Shown one piece after another: positions 22,990 to 36,717 of a DNA stretch of 64,000 bases; position 1 is the first letter of the stretch; each line of letters begins with the position of its first letter. The stretch covers positions 41,521,786 to 41,585,785 of the forward strand of contig JASCQW010000162.1 of NCBI GenBank assembly GCA_030264375.1. The letters run 5' to 3'. The notes under the pieces are model-generated. The model had not been told where the DNA came from, ran no database searches, and was given only the letters and a program-made list of their open reading frames with translations. The translations under genes and the position numbers were made by a program. Origin of the DNA: Carcharhinus longimanus. Taxonomy: Eukaryota.

Positions 22990-25020
22990 CCATCTGACCA
23001 GGCTGGTCCCATGTGGAACATTGATATCCTGGCAGCACATGCAAGATAAATCCTACCCAACCAATTACTGCCCCACCAGCTTCTTCTTAAAAATAATCAG
23101 CAGAATGATGGAAGGTGTCATCAACAGTGCTATCAAGCAGCCCTCACTCAGCAATAACCTGCTGATGACACTCAGTTTGGGTTCTGCCAGGACCACTGAA
23201 GCTTCTGGCCTCTTTGCAGCCTTGTTCCAAACATGGATCATATAGCTGAACTCTGAGTAGCATTTGACCATAAGTGTGGCACCAAGAAACGCTAGCAAAA
23301 TTGGAGTCAATGGGATTCAGAGTTGGAATAATACAAAGCACGACATTGTTGGAAGACAGTCATTTCACTTCCAGGACATCATTGCAGGAGTTCCTCAGCG
23401 AATTCCTCCTAGGTCCATGTACTGCCATCCATCATAAGATTAGAACTGGGGATTCTTGCTGATGGTTGCACAATGTTCAGCATCATTTCGACTCCTCAAA
23501 TACTGAAACAGTCCATCCCCATGGGCAGCAAGACCTGGACAACATTCAGGGTGGAATTTTCTCGTATTTTAACTGAGAATCAGCTCAGGCAGGAAAATCA
23601 ATGTGCTGCCTGCCCTTCAGCCCCACTGCTGGCTTATCCTGTCATAATTTTTGAAACTTAGTTAAAAAAAACTCCTGGAGGCAAGTTTCATGGCATCACG
23701 CCTGCAGAGCAGCCTCTGAGTGTACCCACTCTGCCTTCAAGAGATTGGAATATCCTCTTATAGGCTATCCTGATAAAAGCAAGGGTCGCCCATAAGGACA
23801 TGGGGATTGGATTCCACATGGGAACCCCCCCACCAACCCCACCACAGACTTCCCAAACACAAGTCATCATCCACACCCCATCACCCCATCCCAGTGCCAG
23901 GAAAATGTGCAAAGAGGCACTGCAAGGGGAAACTGCCCCCCAGGGATGTACCAGGAGGGAATGGCCAGCATAACCCTCTCCACCCTGAGGGCAGTACTTA
24001 CCTCCGCACCCATGGCAAGTTCTCTTTGCCAGATCTCCATTTGTCAGGACTTACTATAAACCCTGTTGACATGATGTCATGTTGACAGGTGGGGAGATTA
24101 TCTAATGTGGAGGATAATACAGTAATGAAGCCCACTAATTAGATGGTAATATATAGTAATTTGATTCCCAACGTTTCATGGCAGGAACTCCATTATGTGT
24201 TTGGCAGAAGATGGGGACAATTGGAACAGGAAATCTTGCTGGCGTAAAAACTGTTTCTGGACTCCTTTTGGATTCTCTGCCCCCACTGGCTTTCCTGTCC
24301 ACTGAAAACGGCAAGTAACATTCATGCCACACAAGTGCCAGCAACAACCATTTATACCACAAGAGAATCCAACCATCTCCCTACAATAGGGGAGTTACCA
24401 TTGACCAGAAACTGAACTGGACCAGCTATTTAAATACTCAGTCAATAAATGAACAAGGCAGAGTTTGGGAATTCTGCTGTGGGTAATTAATCTCTTAACT
24501 CCTAAAGCCTGCCTACCATGTACATATAATGAGGTCAGGAGTGTTAAGGAAACCTGAGCACTGGACTGGATTAACACAGCTCCAACAACACTCAAAAAAG
24601 ATCAACATCATCCAGGACAAAAAATTAACACACCATCCAACCCCTATAAACATTCAAAACCTTCACCATTGACCCATAATGGCAGGAATGCACCAACTAC
24701 AAGACGCACTGCAGCAACTGATCCAAACTCCTTTCCCTTCCAAACCCACAACCAAGAAGGCCAAGGACAGCAGACATGTGGAAATACTGCCGCCAACCAT
24801 TTCTCTCCACGCATACCTGACCTGGAAATATATCACTGTTGCTTCAGTATCACTGGGTCAAAATCCTGGAACTCTCTTCTAAACAACACCGTAGATGTAC
24901 CTACATCACACAGACTGCAGTAGTTCAAAAAGGTAGTTCACCATCATCTTCTTAAAGGCAATTAGGGATGGGCAATATATGCTGGCCTCATCAGTGTTCT
25001 CACATCCTGTGAAATCAATT
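22990..25020 (+). mobile_element. Old CR1-clade LINE RT/3' fragments (second family) interrupted by a GC-rich non-autonomous DNA element (about 23549-24308)
   Basis: 'MMEGVINSAIKQ..LSNNLL' RT motif and 3' tail GGCAATTAGGGATGGGCAAT; same family in reverse at 31640-32760. Confidence 0.65.
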
Positions 25021-27869
25021 TTAAAAATCAAAAATGAGTTTCGGTTGTCTTGTCTTCCGTGCATTTGTTTTTTGAAATCATAATCATAGCAATGTCTTTA
25101 TGGAGCTTTCAAAATAAGCTTCAGTTTATGAGTAATTGATTTCCATTGTTCAATATCTGTATTTTTTACTTAAGTATTATGCATGGTTCAGTGGTTTGTT
25201 TATTAATGAAAAACTGCAACTAAAAATAACATCCATTATACGTGATTGTCGACATCACTACATGTGTGCCAGGAAATGTGCTAAAGATTAAAATGTTCTC
25301 CGCATAAGGAAAAAGCTCTAAATTTAAAGCAAAGTTAAAGCTTCAGAATTCATTTTTCAGCATTCTCAATTTCTAACTTGATTATTAGTCAAACCAATAA
25401 TGTGTGTAGGTGGAAATTCATCTGTGACTCCAATCTCACAAGACAACATGCAGTACAACTTTTAATGTACAGATATACTTTTAAGCAAATTATATTAAAA
25501 ATGGAAAATAATGTCCATAAAAATCTAATTTATATCATAAAATGATAACATTTTAGACACAGTTAATTCATGAAATGACTCAATAAATTACCAATTATTT
25601 AACAGATTCCTAAGAAAATGCAACCTAAACTCAATGCTGTGCTATTTGATTAAAGTGCACGATGTTAGTTCACACCAATTCACCATGCTACCAAGTTTCT
25701 GATGGAGCTCAGGCACTTCCCTAAAGGGGATGGGAAAGACTGGGGACTGAACACCAGAAGGCTCCTTGCACAGATGACAAGTGAAAGGCTTGAGAGAAAG
25801 AGAAATGTTCACTTGCACTGTGAAGATTGGAATACACACTATACTACAACATTATCATTTTCTAATGAACGAAAGACAAAGGGGGGAATTTTGAGCCTGC
25901 AGTCTCTGTCCGCGGGACTGGCAACACGCACTCAAAATCCAGAAACTGCAGTATGGGCCGGTGAGTTTCTGAGTTCTGAACGCCCACGCCATCACCAGTG
26001 GACTGGCATGAAACACATCGTGGGACCACAGAAAGCTCACTTGAATACATTAGCTTGTCATCAGCAAGCACTGTCTCTGGGACTTCCTCCTTCATCGGAT
26101 ATCCAGCCGACACTGTCATGAGGTCACACTGGTGCCACTTACAACAGGTTCACCTAGACTTAAACATGAGTGTAGCACCCAGAGGAGAGAGATATGGCTA
26201 GGCAGTGGCCTGGTAATGCCCATTGGCACAGGATGGCAATACCAGGTTGCACCATGGGTAGGCTCATAGGAGCGGGGGATTCATCCCCATTTGGTTGTGG
26301 GCTGGGAGTGGACCTAGGTGCAGGGGATGCCAGTAATAGTTGTTTTGGAGGGGGTGGGTAGGTGGCAGCTCTGACTGTGATGGAGGTTGGGGGTGGCAAG
26401 GGGCCAATGATCAGGGCAAAGGGCGGAAAGGGCAATAATTAGGAGAAAAGGGGGCACTAGTCAGGGGAGGGAGAAGGAGCTGATGATCAGGGAAAATTGG
26501 GTAGAGAGGGGAGCCCCTGAGGCTTCTGTGGAAGGCTAGGGGTGATGTAGAGATGCCAGCATTGGACTGGGGTAAACACAGTAAGAAGTCTCACAAGGAC
26601 AAAACTGCCTCATCACCTGTTGAATTTCATCTTGAGACATAGCAGAGTTTTAGAACTATAAAGATCAGAAAAGGTGATGACGAAGACATATCAAATTAAA
26701 CTCCTTCCTAGGAATATACAGACAGGAGGTTTAAAAATTGGTTATGCCAAGCTGAATCAGAAAGAGGTGATGAAAAAAAAAGGCATATGTATGAAAACAC
26801 TGCTGAAAAAGTAGTTCTCTCTCTTCTAAGTTAAGCAAATAACTTAATCATTTATTCTTTTAACTTTGTATTGGACTCTAATTTTCTTACTCCTGATGTG
26901 GGGGACTAACGTACACTCCTCCTCACCTGGTCATAATCCAATCTGCCAAAGCAGGACAGCAACACCTATTCAGATTACCCCACATAGGGAATGCAATCTT
27001 TGTCTATGGCATTTTCTGTTTCTGTTTCTGTTCCAGTCAGCAGGGTTGGCAGCATCTACTAGAGTTAACCAGTTTGGAATGATCATTTGCCAGAACTGAA
27101 GGATATTCGAGATGAGTGCAGATCTAATAAAAGTGGGCAAGAAAATGAGCTGTGGTAGGGGAGGGTTAAGTGACAACAGGGCTTACGGTGCAAGACACAA
27201 GGAGGTGATAGAGGACAAATGTAGAAACCAAAGTTGGATCAAGGAGATCTAACAGCAGAATCTCAGAATAAGAAAACTCGAGAAATCTGGTAAAGAAAAG
27301 ATTCTTGGGGCTCAGAAATGAGGGATTAGAAAGGCAATTTGACCCCAGGGTGCAGATAATATTGCTGCCATGTACTGTTGGAAATGCCCACCCCTCCTCA
27401 ATTTCAACTGTATCAGAGGCAACCATCCTCCATCCATTTCTAACACCTGTTATCTAAGATAAAATAAAAGCAGTGATAATTATCTATGGATTGCAGGTCC
27501 ATGCATTATTCCAAGCCTGCCGTAAGCTGCCCATTGCAAAGGATAGCAGTTATTTTGGAGACCCACGTTCATCAGTTTCTGCCAGATTTTAACTTGATAC
27601 TTGCACACCATCATTTGGTGTGACAGTGGCTAAACAAGAGTGGGACTGGGTACCTTGACCTTTCTCCAGGTGCCGTCCCTTCTCCCAAGGAATCCAGGAG
27701 AAACCATAAGAGGAGGAGCACCAGCCAGGCACCCAAGGCATTCACTTAGGGCAAATCAAGTGCCTTTGTCAGTGACCCCCATCAACTCCGGCAGGTCAGG
27801 GTATATATGTGCCCAAGAAGGAGACCCTTAACAGGAAGGGATAAGTGGCTAGGGGGTGGGTGTGGAAAT

Positions 27870-29278
27870 TCGACAATGGAGTTTTTGAAATGGTGACCGA
27901 GAAGGTAGATGAAAGCAGTGCAGTTGATGCTGTTTACATGGACTTTAGCAAAGCCTTTGACAAGGTACCGCATGGTAGGTTGTTGCATTAGGTTAAATCT
28001 CACAGGATCCAGGGTGAGGTAGCCAAATTGATACAAAATTGGCTTGACGACAGAAAACAGAGGGTGGTTGTAGAGGGCTGTTTTTCAAACTGGAGCCCTG
28101 CAAGCAGCGGTGTGTCTCAAGGATCAGTGCTGGACTGACTGTTATTTGTCACTAACATAAATGATTAGGATGAGAATTTAGGGAGGCGTGGTTATTAAGT
28201 TTGCAGATGACACCAAGATTGGTGGCATAGTGGACAGTGAAGAAGGTTATCTAGGATTGCAACAACATTTTGATCAATTGGGCCAGTGGGCTGACAAATG
28301 GCAGATGGTGTTTAATTTAGATAAATGTCAGGCGATTGNNNNNNNNNNNNNNNNNNNNNNNNNNNNNNNNNNNNNNNNNNNNNNNNNNNNNNNNNNNNNN
28401 NNNNNNNNNNNNNNNNNNNNNNNNNNNNNNNNNNNNNNACAGTAAGAAGTCTCACAACACCAGGTTAAAGTCCAACAGGTTTATTTGATAGTAATCCCAC
28501 AAGCTTTTGGAAACGTTTTTCCTTCGTCAAGTGTGTGGAATCTTAAGAGTAGAATCCTTAATAGTATTGATAGGCAGAGGGATCTGGTGTACAGGTACAC
28601 AGGTCACTGAAAGTGGCAATGCAGGTGGAGAAGGTTGTCAAGAAGGCATACATCATGCTTGCCTTTATCAGCTGGGGCATTCAGTTTAAAAATTGGCAAA
28701 TCACATTGCAGCTTTATAGAACCTTCGTTAGGCTGCACTTGGAATATAGTGTTCAATTCTGGTCACCACACTACCAGAAGGATGTGGAGACTTTGGAGAA
28801 GGTACAGAAAAGATTTACCAGGATGTTGCCTAGTATGCATTAGCTATGAGGAAAGTTTGGAGAAACTAGGTTTGTTCTCACTGGAACGACGGAGGTTGAG
28901 GGGTGACCCGATAGAACTCTACAAGATTATGAGGGGCATGGACAGATTAGAGAATCAGAAGCTTTTTCCCAGGGTGGAAGTGTCAATTACTAGGAGGCAT
29001 AGGTTTAATGTGCGAGGGGCAAGATTTAAAGGAGATTACGAGGCACGTTTTTTACTCAGAGGGTGGTAAGTGCCTAGAACCCATTGCCGGGGGAGGTGGT
29101 GGAAGCAGGTATGATAGTGAGTTTTAAGGGGTGCCTGGACAAATACATGAATAGGATGGAATAGAGGGATATGGTCCTTGGGAGAGTCGGGAATTTTAGT
29201 TCAGTCAGGCAACATGGTCGGTGCAAGCTTGGAGGGCCAAAAGGTCTGTTCCTGTGCTGTAATTTTCTTTGTTCTTTG
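27870..29278 (+). mobile_element. CR1 LINE RT fragments spanning an assembly gap, with a PLE mini-element piece at 28439-28540
   Basis: 'VYMDFSKAFDKVPH', '[10 protein letters not shown]', 'RLHLEYSVQFWSPHY' motifs and (TTCTTTG)n tail. Confidence 0.92.
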
Positions 29279-31639
29279 AGTATTTAATTATATGCAGGGC
29301 ATGAACATTAACTGAGGATTCACTTGTACTTAAAAAATAATAATTGGGAGCAGACTGAAATTGTAGTGGTTGGGGTTATAATGTGCATTGTCTTTTATTT
29401 ATCAGGACAGATGAAAGAATGCCAAATTTCAAAGACAGCAAAATTTGATTGCATGTGAAAAGGGCACTGATTGGTTCGCAAGTTGATTCTGATTGATTTA
29501 AGCATTGTCATGGAGAGTGAACCAGTGAACCTCAGGTTTTTGTTTAATTTAAAAATACCTGAACATGTTCCATTTACCGCATCTGTCCTGATGAGTGCAA
29601 GACAAAAATCTTTGACAGCATGTCCCTTTTTTCAGCAATACTCAAGTTCTGTATGACAAAGTGACAACTAGTATTTGTATATAAAGGTTTATAGACTGAG
29701 TGTAAAGATTAGATCCTTTAAAATAGAACACAAGTGAGCATGAGTCAACAGTATAATTTGGATAAAGGTGTCCAGTGGNNNNNNNNNNNNNNNNNNNNNN
29801 NNNNNNNNNNNNNNNNNNNNNNNNNNNNNNNNNNNNNNNNNNNNNNNNNNNNNNNNNNNNNNNNNNNNNNNNNNNNNNAGTGGCTCTAAGAGAATGTGAA
29901 GAAAGAGATCATGACTGGGGAATGGAATTATGTGATTCATGGAGAAGCAACAATTGAAGTCAAGATCAGATGAATACACACACAAGGGCCAGAATTTTGT
30001 TGCAATATCTAAGGTCCTACTGCCAGGGTCAAAGACAGATGGTGGATGGTGACCCTGCCAAGGCTGGTGGTCAAGACAAAAGATGTATCTTCCCAGCAAT
30101 GTTATTGTCCCTATCAAGGATGACAGCCCACCTCAAAGAACAATGGGAGGGTCTGTAGCCTCAGCAGCACTGAGGAGCAGGTGGCACTGTTACTGAAGGG
30201 GTAATCATTGCTGCCAGGGAGTTGCTCTGTGGACTGTAGAGTTCTCAAATAGGTGAGAACTATGGGTCTGGAGGCCCTCAGCATTCATTGGAGAACCTCC
30301 GGACATGTTGGTGCCCCTCCCCCGACCTCGCTCCCCCATCACCATGTAGGCAAAATGCTCATAAAGGTGTGAATTGACTTAAATGGCCACTCAACATGCT
30401 CATTCGGCTCATTTGCCATCTTTTCCACTGCTGGGAAAATGGCATGGCACTGGGAAGATGCCGACACCTCCCTCCCCCGATGTCTTCCTGTGCAAGTTTG
30501 CCACACTTTCCACTTACGAACCTATCAAATTCAGCCCACGAGTACTCTCATTTTATACTGATGTGCAAAAACATTGCACCATCACCTTTAATTTTCTGGT
30601 AAATAACCAGATAAATGAGGCTTTTAGTATATCCAGGTATGTTTTTAGTGTTTGTAGTTGATTTTGATTGCTAGTTTAAATAGTGATTTGTGTAGCTACC
30701 TAAATAATTTGCAAGTGAGCATGAGTCAACAGTATAATTTGGATAAGATGTCCAGTAGCTCTAAGAGAATGTGAAGAAAGAGATCATGACCGGGGAATGG
30801 AATCATGTGATTCATGGAGAAGCAACAGTTGAGGTCAAGATCAGATGAATACACACACAAGGGCCAGAATTTTGTTACAACATCTAAGGTCCTACTGCCA
30901 GGGGCAAAGGCAGATGGTGGATGGTGACCCTGCTAAGGCAGGTGGTCAAGACCAGAGATGTATCTTCCCAGCAATGTTATCGACCCTATTAAGGATGACA
31001 GCCCACCTCAAAGAAAAGCAGGGCCAATCGGAGAGTCTATAGCCTCAGCAGCCTTCTCCAGTAGTCACTGGAGAAGTTGGTTCCTTTTCAACATTTCATT
31101 CTGTATGGAGGTTTTAAAGAGGGTTAAAATGGGATATGTGCAGATTTTTAAAGCACATGAAAGTCAAGTATCTTGTGACTAATGTTCAAAGCACAGAGGA
31201 TTCTGGAGCTGTGCATGATATAACAATAGATATAGTGCTTTTAAAGAATACTTGCAAGTGCTGTGAAATGACAAAACAAAAATATTGGCACTACACAGCA
31301 GGACTTCCAGTAATTTAAAAAATGTAAGAGACAGGTTAGCATTTGGGTGTTCAAGCAGATCAGCTTTGTCAACAATATTAACTTGCACATCTAGTGAGAC
31401 TTTAATATAGAGAAAGATTCCAATGTAATTAACAAAATATGACTTTGTTAATTACAACAAAAATTAACAAAATAAGGGGTGACTGTAGCCCTTTCTGGGA
31501 ATCCGAGATACCACAGAGTCTGGCCAAATACACAAATAATGTCCTTATTTAATCAGTACTGAGCATCTCCGGTTTCAGCCGGCAGGGCAAGTCCAGGCTT
31601 ATTCTTGCTTGTCACTGACCTGTGCCTTTGTTTTAAACT

Positions 31640-32760
31640 TGGCCTGTCTGAACCCCCATCAGGCCTGACTGTGGAGGCTGTTGACTGCTGTTTAAATTAG
31701 GTTGTCCAATTTTGTGTAAGACTGAGTTGCTCAGGCCATTGCCCACTTGGCCACAAGAGAATGAATGTTTGTGGAAGGGATAGCAGGTTTTGTCCTGGAT
31801 GGTGTAAAGCTTCTTGAGTGTTGTTTCAACCACACTCATCTGGGAAAGTTGTGACTATTTCCATCACACTCCTGACTTGTGCCTTGTAGATGGTGGACAG
31901 GCTCTGGGGAGTCAAGAAGTGATTTACTTACCAAGTATTCCTAGATTCTGGCNNNNNNNNNNNNNNNNNNNNNNAATGGCGGGGCAGGCTCGAAGGGCTA
32001 GATGGCCTACTCCTGCTCCTATTTCTTATGTTCTTATGTTCTTATATTAATATCATTGAATGTTGAAGGGAGATTGTTGAATTCCCTCTTGTTTTTGATG
32101 GTATTGCCTGGCAGTTGTTTGGTGTGAATGTTACTTGCCACTTGTCAGTTCAAGCCTGAATATTGTCCAAGTCTTACTGCATTTGGACATGGATTGCTTT
32201 GGTATCTGAGGAGTTGTGAATGGTGCTGAACACTGCGCATTATCAGCGAACATCCTCACTTTGGACCTTACGATGGAAGGAAGGCCATTGATCAAGCAGC
32301 TGAAGATGATTGGGCCACTGTCTTCTCAAGAGTAATTAGGGATGGACAATAAAATGTTGGCTTAGCTAGGACACTAACATGAGGTACTCCTGCAATGATG
32401 TCCTGGAGTGGAAATGATTGACCTCCGACAATGATTACCATTTTCCTTTGTGCTAGGTATGAAACCACCAGCGGAGAACTTTCCCTGATGCCTATTGACT
32501 CCAGTTGTGTTAGTTGCTCCTTGATACCACACTTGATCAAAATGCTGCCTTGACATCAAGGGGAGTCAGTCACACCACCCCTAGAATTCAACTCCTTTGT
32601 CCGTATTTGAACCAAGACTTTAATGAGGTCAGGAGCTGAGCGACCCTGGTGGAACCCAAACTGAGCATCAGTGAGCAGGTGATTGATAAGTAAGTGCTGC
32701 TTGATAGCACTTTTGATGACACCTTCCATCATTTTACCGATTATCCACGTAGACTCATAA
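31640..32760 (-). mobile_element. Old CR1-clade LINE RT fragment
   Basis: 'KMMEGVIKSAIKQHLL.N.LLTDAQFGFHQG.SAPDLI' RT motif. Confidence 0.8.
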
Positions 32761-33575
32761 GGTGGTATTCTTTTGGTTTTACAATCACTTAGCACTATCT
32801 AGAGTATACTGCATCTACTATTTAGTTTGCATTTTGTGTGGCTTTGCAGCTTCACTTTTAGCCTTAACTTTCTCTACAGTCTATCATGTTCCCGACTATC
32901 CATCCACTGTTGCCGCTCACCTCAATCTGTATGCAGTGTGATGCATCTATCTAATGGTCACCTTCACTGAATGCAATGCATCAAGCAAGTAACTCTTCTT
33001 CCTTCACTCATAGGAAAGTTTCTTCAGCCCTTGCAGCAGAAGAGAGCATAAAACCCAATGAATAGAGAGTGGACAGAAAGCAGCCCACCAGTGATAGTCC
33101 AGCTCACAGAGGAGGAAGTCATGGAGGTAGCTGACATATTTGTGACCCCCTCAGTCTGAGTTGAGTAAGATTCAGTAAGATCATGGTTGCTGTGATTATG
33201 GTCTGAGGTTTCATTATCACAGTACGTACAACTATGCTCCATCACAAGTACTCACACTTTAATCGACCCACTTAAAGAGTTAGTCAGGTTTTCCACCATG
33301 TGATTCTCACCTCACAAGTGTGTATGAACAGGCGATAATGGCAGGGACGGCTGTGGAAGGTTTACATTGGACGGCATAAATCTTTCTGAGTTCTGGTCAG
33401 CTAGTTATAGTTGCTGAACCCCAGGACTATCATTGAGAAGGGGAATCCTAAAGATATGTCAGCAATGTAACCAGGCACACATGGTACAATAAATCAGTCA
33501 AGAGAAAGATTTATGGATGTTGCCAGGGATGGAGAATTTTAGCTGCAAGGAAAGATTCAATAGGCGGGATGGTTT

Positions 33576-33893
33576 CATAGAATCATAGAATCCCTACAGT
33601 GCAGAAAGAGCATTCAACCCATCTAGTCTGCACCAACCACAATCCCACCCAGGTCCTAGCCCCATAATCCCATGCATTTACCCTATCTAGTCTCGTTGAC
33701 ACTAATGGCAATTTAGCATGGCCATTCCACCTAACATCTTTGGACTGTGGAAGGAAACCGGAGCACCCAGAGGAAACCCACTCAGACACCAGGAGAATGT
33801 GCAAACTCCACATAGACAGTGACCCAAGCCAGGAATCGAACGTGGGTCTCTGGCGCTGTGAGGCAGTAGTGCTAACCACTGTGCCACCATGCT
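33576..33893 (-). mobile_element. HE1/V-SINE, full length, inserted in a CR1 3' fragment (about 33490-34260)
   Basis: Complete head, V-domain and (ATTCTATG)n tail. Confidence 0.9.
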
Positions 33894-34649
33894 GCTCATT
33901 TTGGTTAGGGGAAGCTGAGGGGATACTTACCAGAGGCGTATAAAATGATGAGGCCTAGATGGAGCTGAAAGGAAGAACTTATTTCCATTAGCAGAGAGGT
34001 CAATTACTGATGGTATAATGTTAAAGTTACCCTTGGAAGAATTAGAAGGAAACGTTGTAATGTTTTCATGTAGAGGTAATGGGGATCTAAAATTATCTGC
34101 CTGAAAGGATGACGGAAGCAGAAACCCTTGGTGTATTTTTAAAAAAGCATTTGGATACGCACAGGACAATGAACCAATAACTGGAAGGTAGAATTAGGCT
34201 GGATAGCTCTTTGACAACAGGAACTGATATGATGGGCCAAATGGCCTTCTTCTCTGCCAAAATATTTCTATCTCATTGGGGAGAGACTGGAGGAACATAG
34301 CTCGATTGCAAGTGTGTTGATAGAGCAGGGATTTGCAAGAATGGCTGCCACGCAGAGAGTCGGTCTCCCTGGAGCTTCAAGGAGGTTCTCCAATGAATCC
34401 ATGACCATAGCCATTCCAGCCTTTAGTTGCAAACCTGTCTGCTGCCTCATCTGTGGCCTTACCACCCATCACTGATCTTCACCAAGCTAGTCTGAAGTAG
34501 AGTGATTGGAATGATGAGGCACTGGGTTAGGAGAGGAATGATAGCAAAGCGGTCATGCAACTCCATTCAAAGTGCTCTCACTTCTCAGCTGTTGCACCCC
34601 CCGCTACCCCATGATTGAGTCTGGTTAAGTCTACCCCAACACAGATAAA

Positions 34650-34945
34650 GGCGGCATGGTGGTACAGTGGTTAGCACTGCTGCCTCATAGTGCCGGGGAA
34701 CCAGGTTCAATTCTGACTTTGGGTCGCTGTCTGTGTGGAGTTTGCACATTCTCTCCAAATCTGTGTGGGTTTCCTCTAGGTGCTTCGGTTTTCTCCCACA
34801 GTCCAAAGATGTGCAGGTTAAGTGGATTGGCAATGCTAAGTTAACCCTAGTTTAAGGGGATTAGCAGAGTAAGTATGTGGGGTTAAGGGATTGTGGTCAG
34901 TGCAGACACAATGGGTCGAATGGCCTCCTTCTGCACTTCTATGAT
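34650..34945 (+). mobile_element. HE1/V-SINE
   Basis: Consensus head and tail. Confidence 0.9.
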
Positions 34946-36717
34946 TTAATGACAGGTGCAACAGTCTCCGTACAAATGCTGTTATTTTGAAATTAGAGAA
35001 GTACAGATGTCTTAGAAGATAGTGTAGTTGAGGAGACTTCATAGGTAGTCATAATTGGAGGCGTTGTTTAATTTAGATGTTAGTGACGACAGGAGGACAG
35101 ATTAAATACCCAAAATGCATTACAAAGTAGTATCAACCAGGTTGTGCCCTAAGGTAACAATATACTAGGTGGCTCAGTTGATGTAAGTAAGGCATCAAGT
35201 CAAAGCAAATTACAGCTTCATGTTAAATGCTATGCAAGATTCAAAACATTCCTCGGATACTAATAAGCAGGTTTTCAGGTAATCTGTAATGAGAAAATGT
35301 CACACAATTCTATTTTTAACATTTTGTTCTCTTAACCCAGGCGATTGCCATGTGATTTTATGTTTAATCTCTTAAGCACGACAGAATTACAAATGACTTA
35401 TTTGACAGTTATCCTCCAAGGCTATGTTCCAGACCTGGAGGTCAGTGCATCCAATTCACAATACTCCCGATTCTCCGTTGATTAGGATTAGTCAAAGCAA
35501 ATCAATTAACTAAAATTAATTCCAAGAAAATCTTGCATCTCTGTACTCCTGTAAGGTGCTGCAACATTTACCTGATAACATCAGCCCACTTCTGTGATAA
35601 AAATATAAATTATATCACTTGAGTTTTCATAATAAATCTTCTCGGCTTGCAACTCAACACATGTGTCAACACATTAGTGGTAAAGAAAATTTTTTTGTGG
35701 AAAAGAGATGCCTGGAATGCATTACGAGGCAGTGTCAATGAAGATGTGCTATCAGGCAGTAACATATTGAGTGATTTATGTATCAATTCCATCTATGAAA
35801 ATAAATAATTCACTCCCCTTCTGCCTGTGAAATGGAAAGCCCAGGACAATTCAGTCAAAATTCTGGAATAAGTTTGGGGGTTAGTTGAATATCTCGTAAG
35901 TGTGGAAATGCCCATTAAATCCGTTTAAGAAACTCAGAACAAAGTCCTGCTAAACTGTCTGTTTGCCTGATACAAAATACATTCCACTTACCTAAATCCA
36001 GAGAGTTTAGATACAGATTAATGGCGCATAGGCTTAAAACTCACAAGTTTGTGCAGGGATATTGTGCCGGAGCATAATTAGATAAAACCTAGTACCTTAC
36101 CAATACAGAGCACAATAAAATATCCTTGGTCAACTTGAAAGATTCTTTATGCAATGTGATCCCAAACCACTAATTGAAGTCCTGAAATCCAATGAAGTAA
36201 ATGCCAAATTTAATGTTTTCTGAGGTAGGGACCCTGTCGTGGGCTTTTGTTCAGGATCAGTTTTCAGGATACATTGTTTGGCTTCATTCCAATTTGTTTG
36301 AAGCTGTTCTTCAGTTTTGTACCAATTTTGCTGGTTGATAATTTGTGCTGTTGTACAATATAGTGCACCAAATAACTTTGACCCAGGGACATTTATGTTC
36401 TATGTTTCTGATGTGTGAGTACCAGTAATTCATCCTAATACAGTTTTCTCAGTTTCATTTGTGTTAATTTTGCTTCTCAATTTGTTTTAGCTAGGCCAGA
36501 GGGTTTGGAACATTCTGTCCTGAATCTATGAGTATTATTCCAAGGAAAAAATATTGTTTTCTCAACTATAGAGAATGAACAAAAACATATTTATTTGTAT
36601 TTTACTTAATAAAATATGTCAGACATTTCATAGGAGCATTGTAAAACAAAATTTGACATCAAGCCACATAATGCACATTAGGGTAGATGATCAAACACTT
36701 GATCAAACAGAAGGGCA

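Noticed and set aside
33583-33899. Recurrent small ORFs such as MVAQWLALLPHSARD and MDCGRKPEH; also possible tRNA genes
   Set aside because: Translations of HE1/V-SINE copies; heads are tRNA-derived but not complete cloverleaves.
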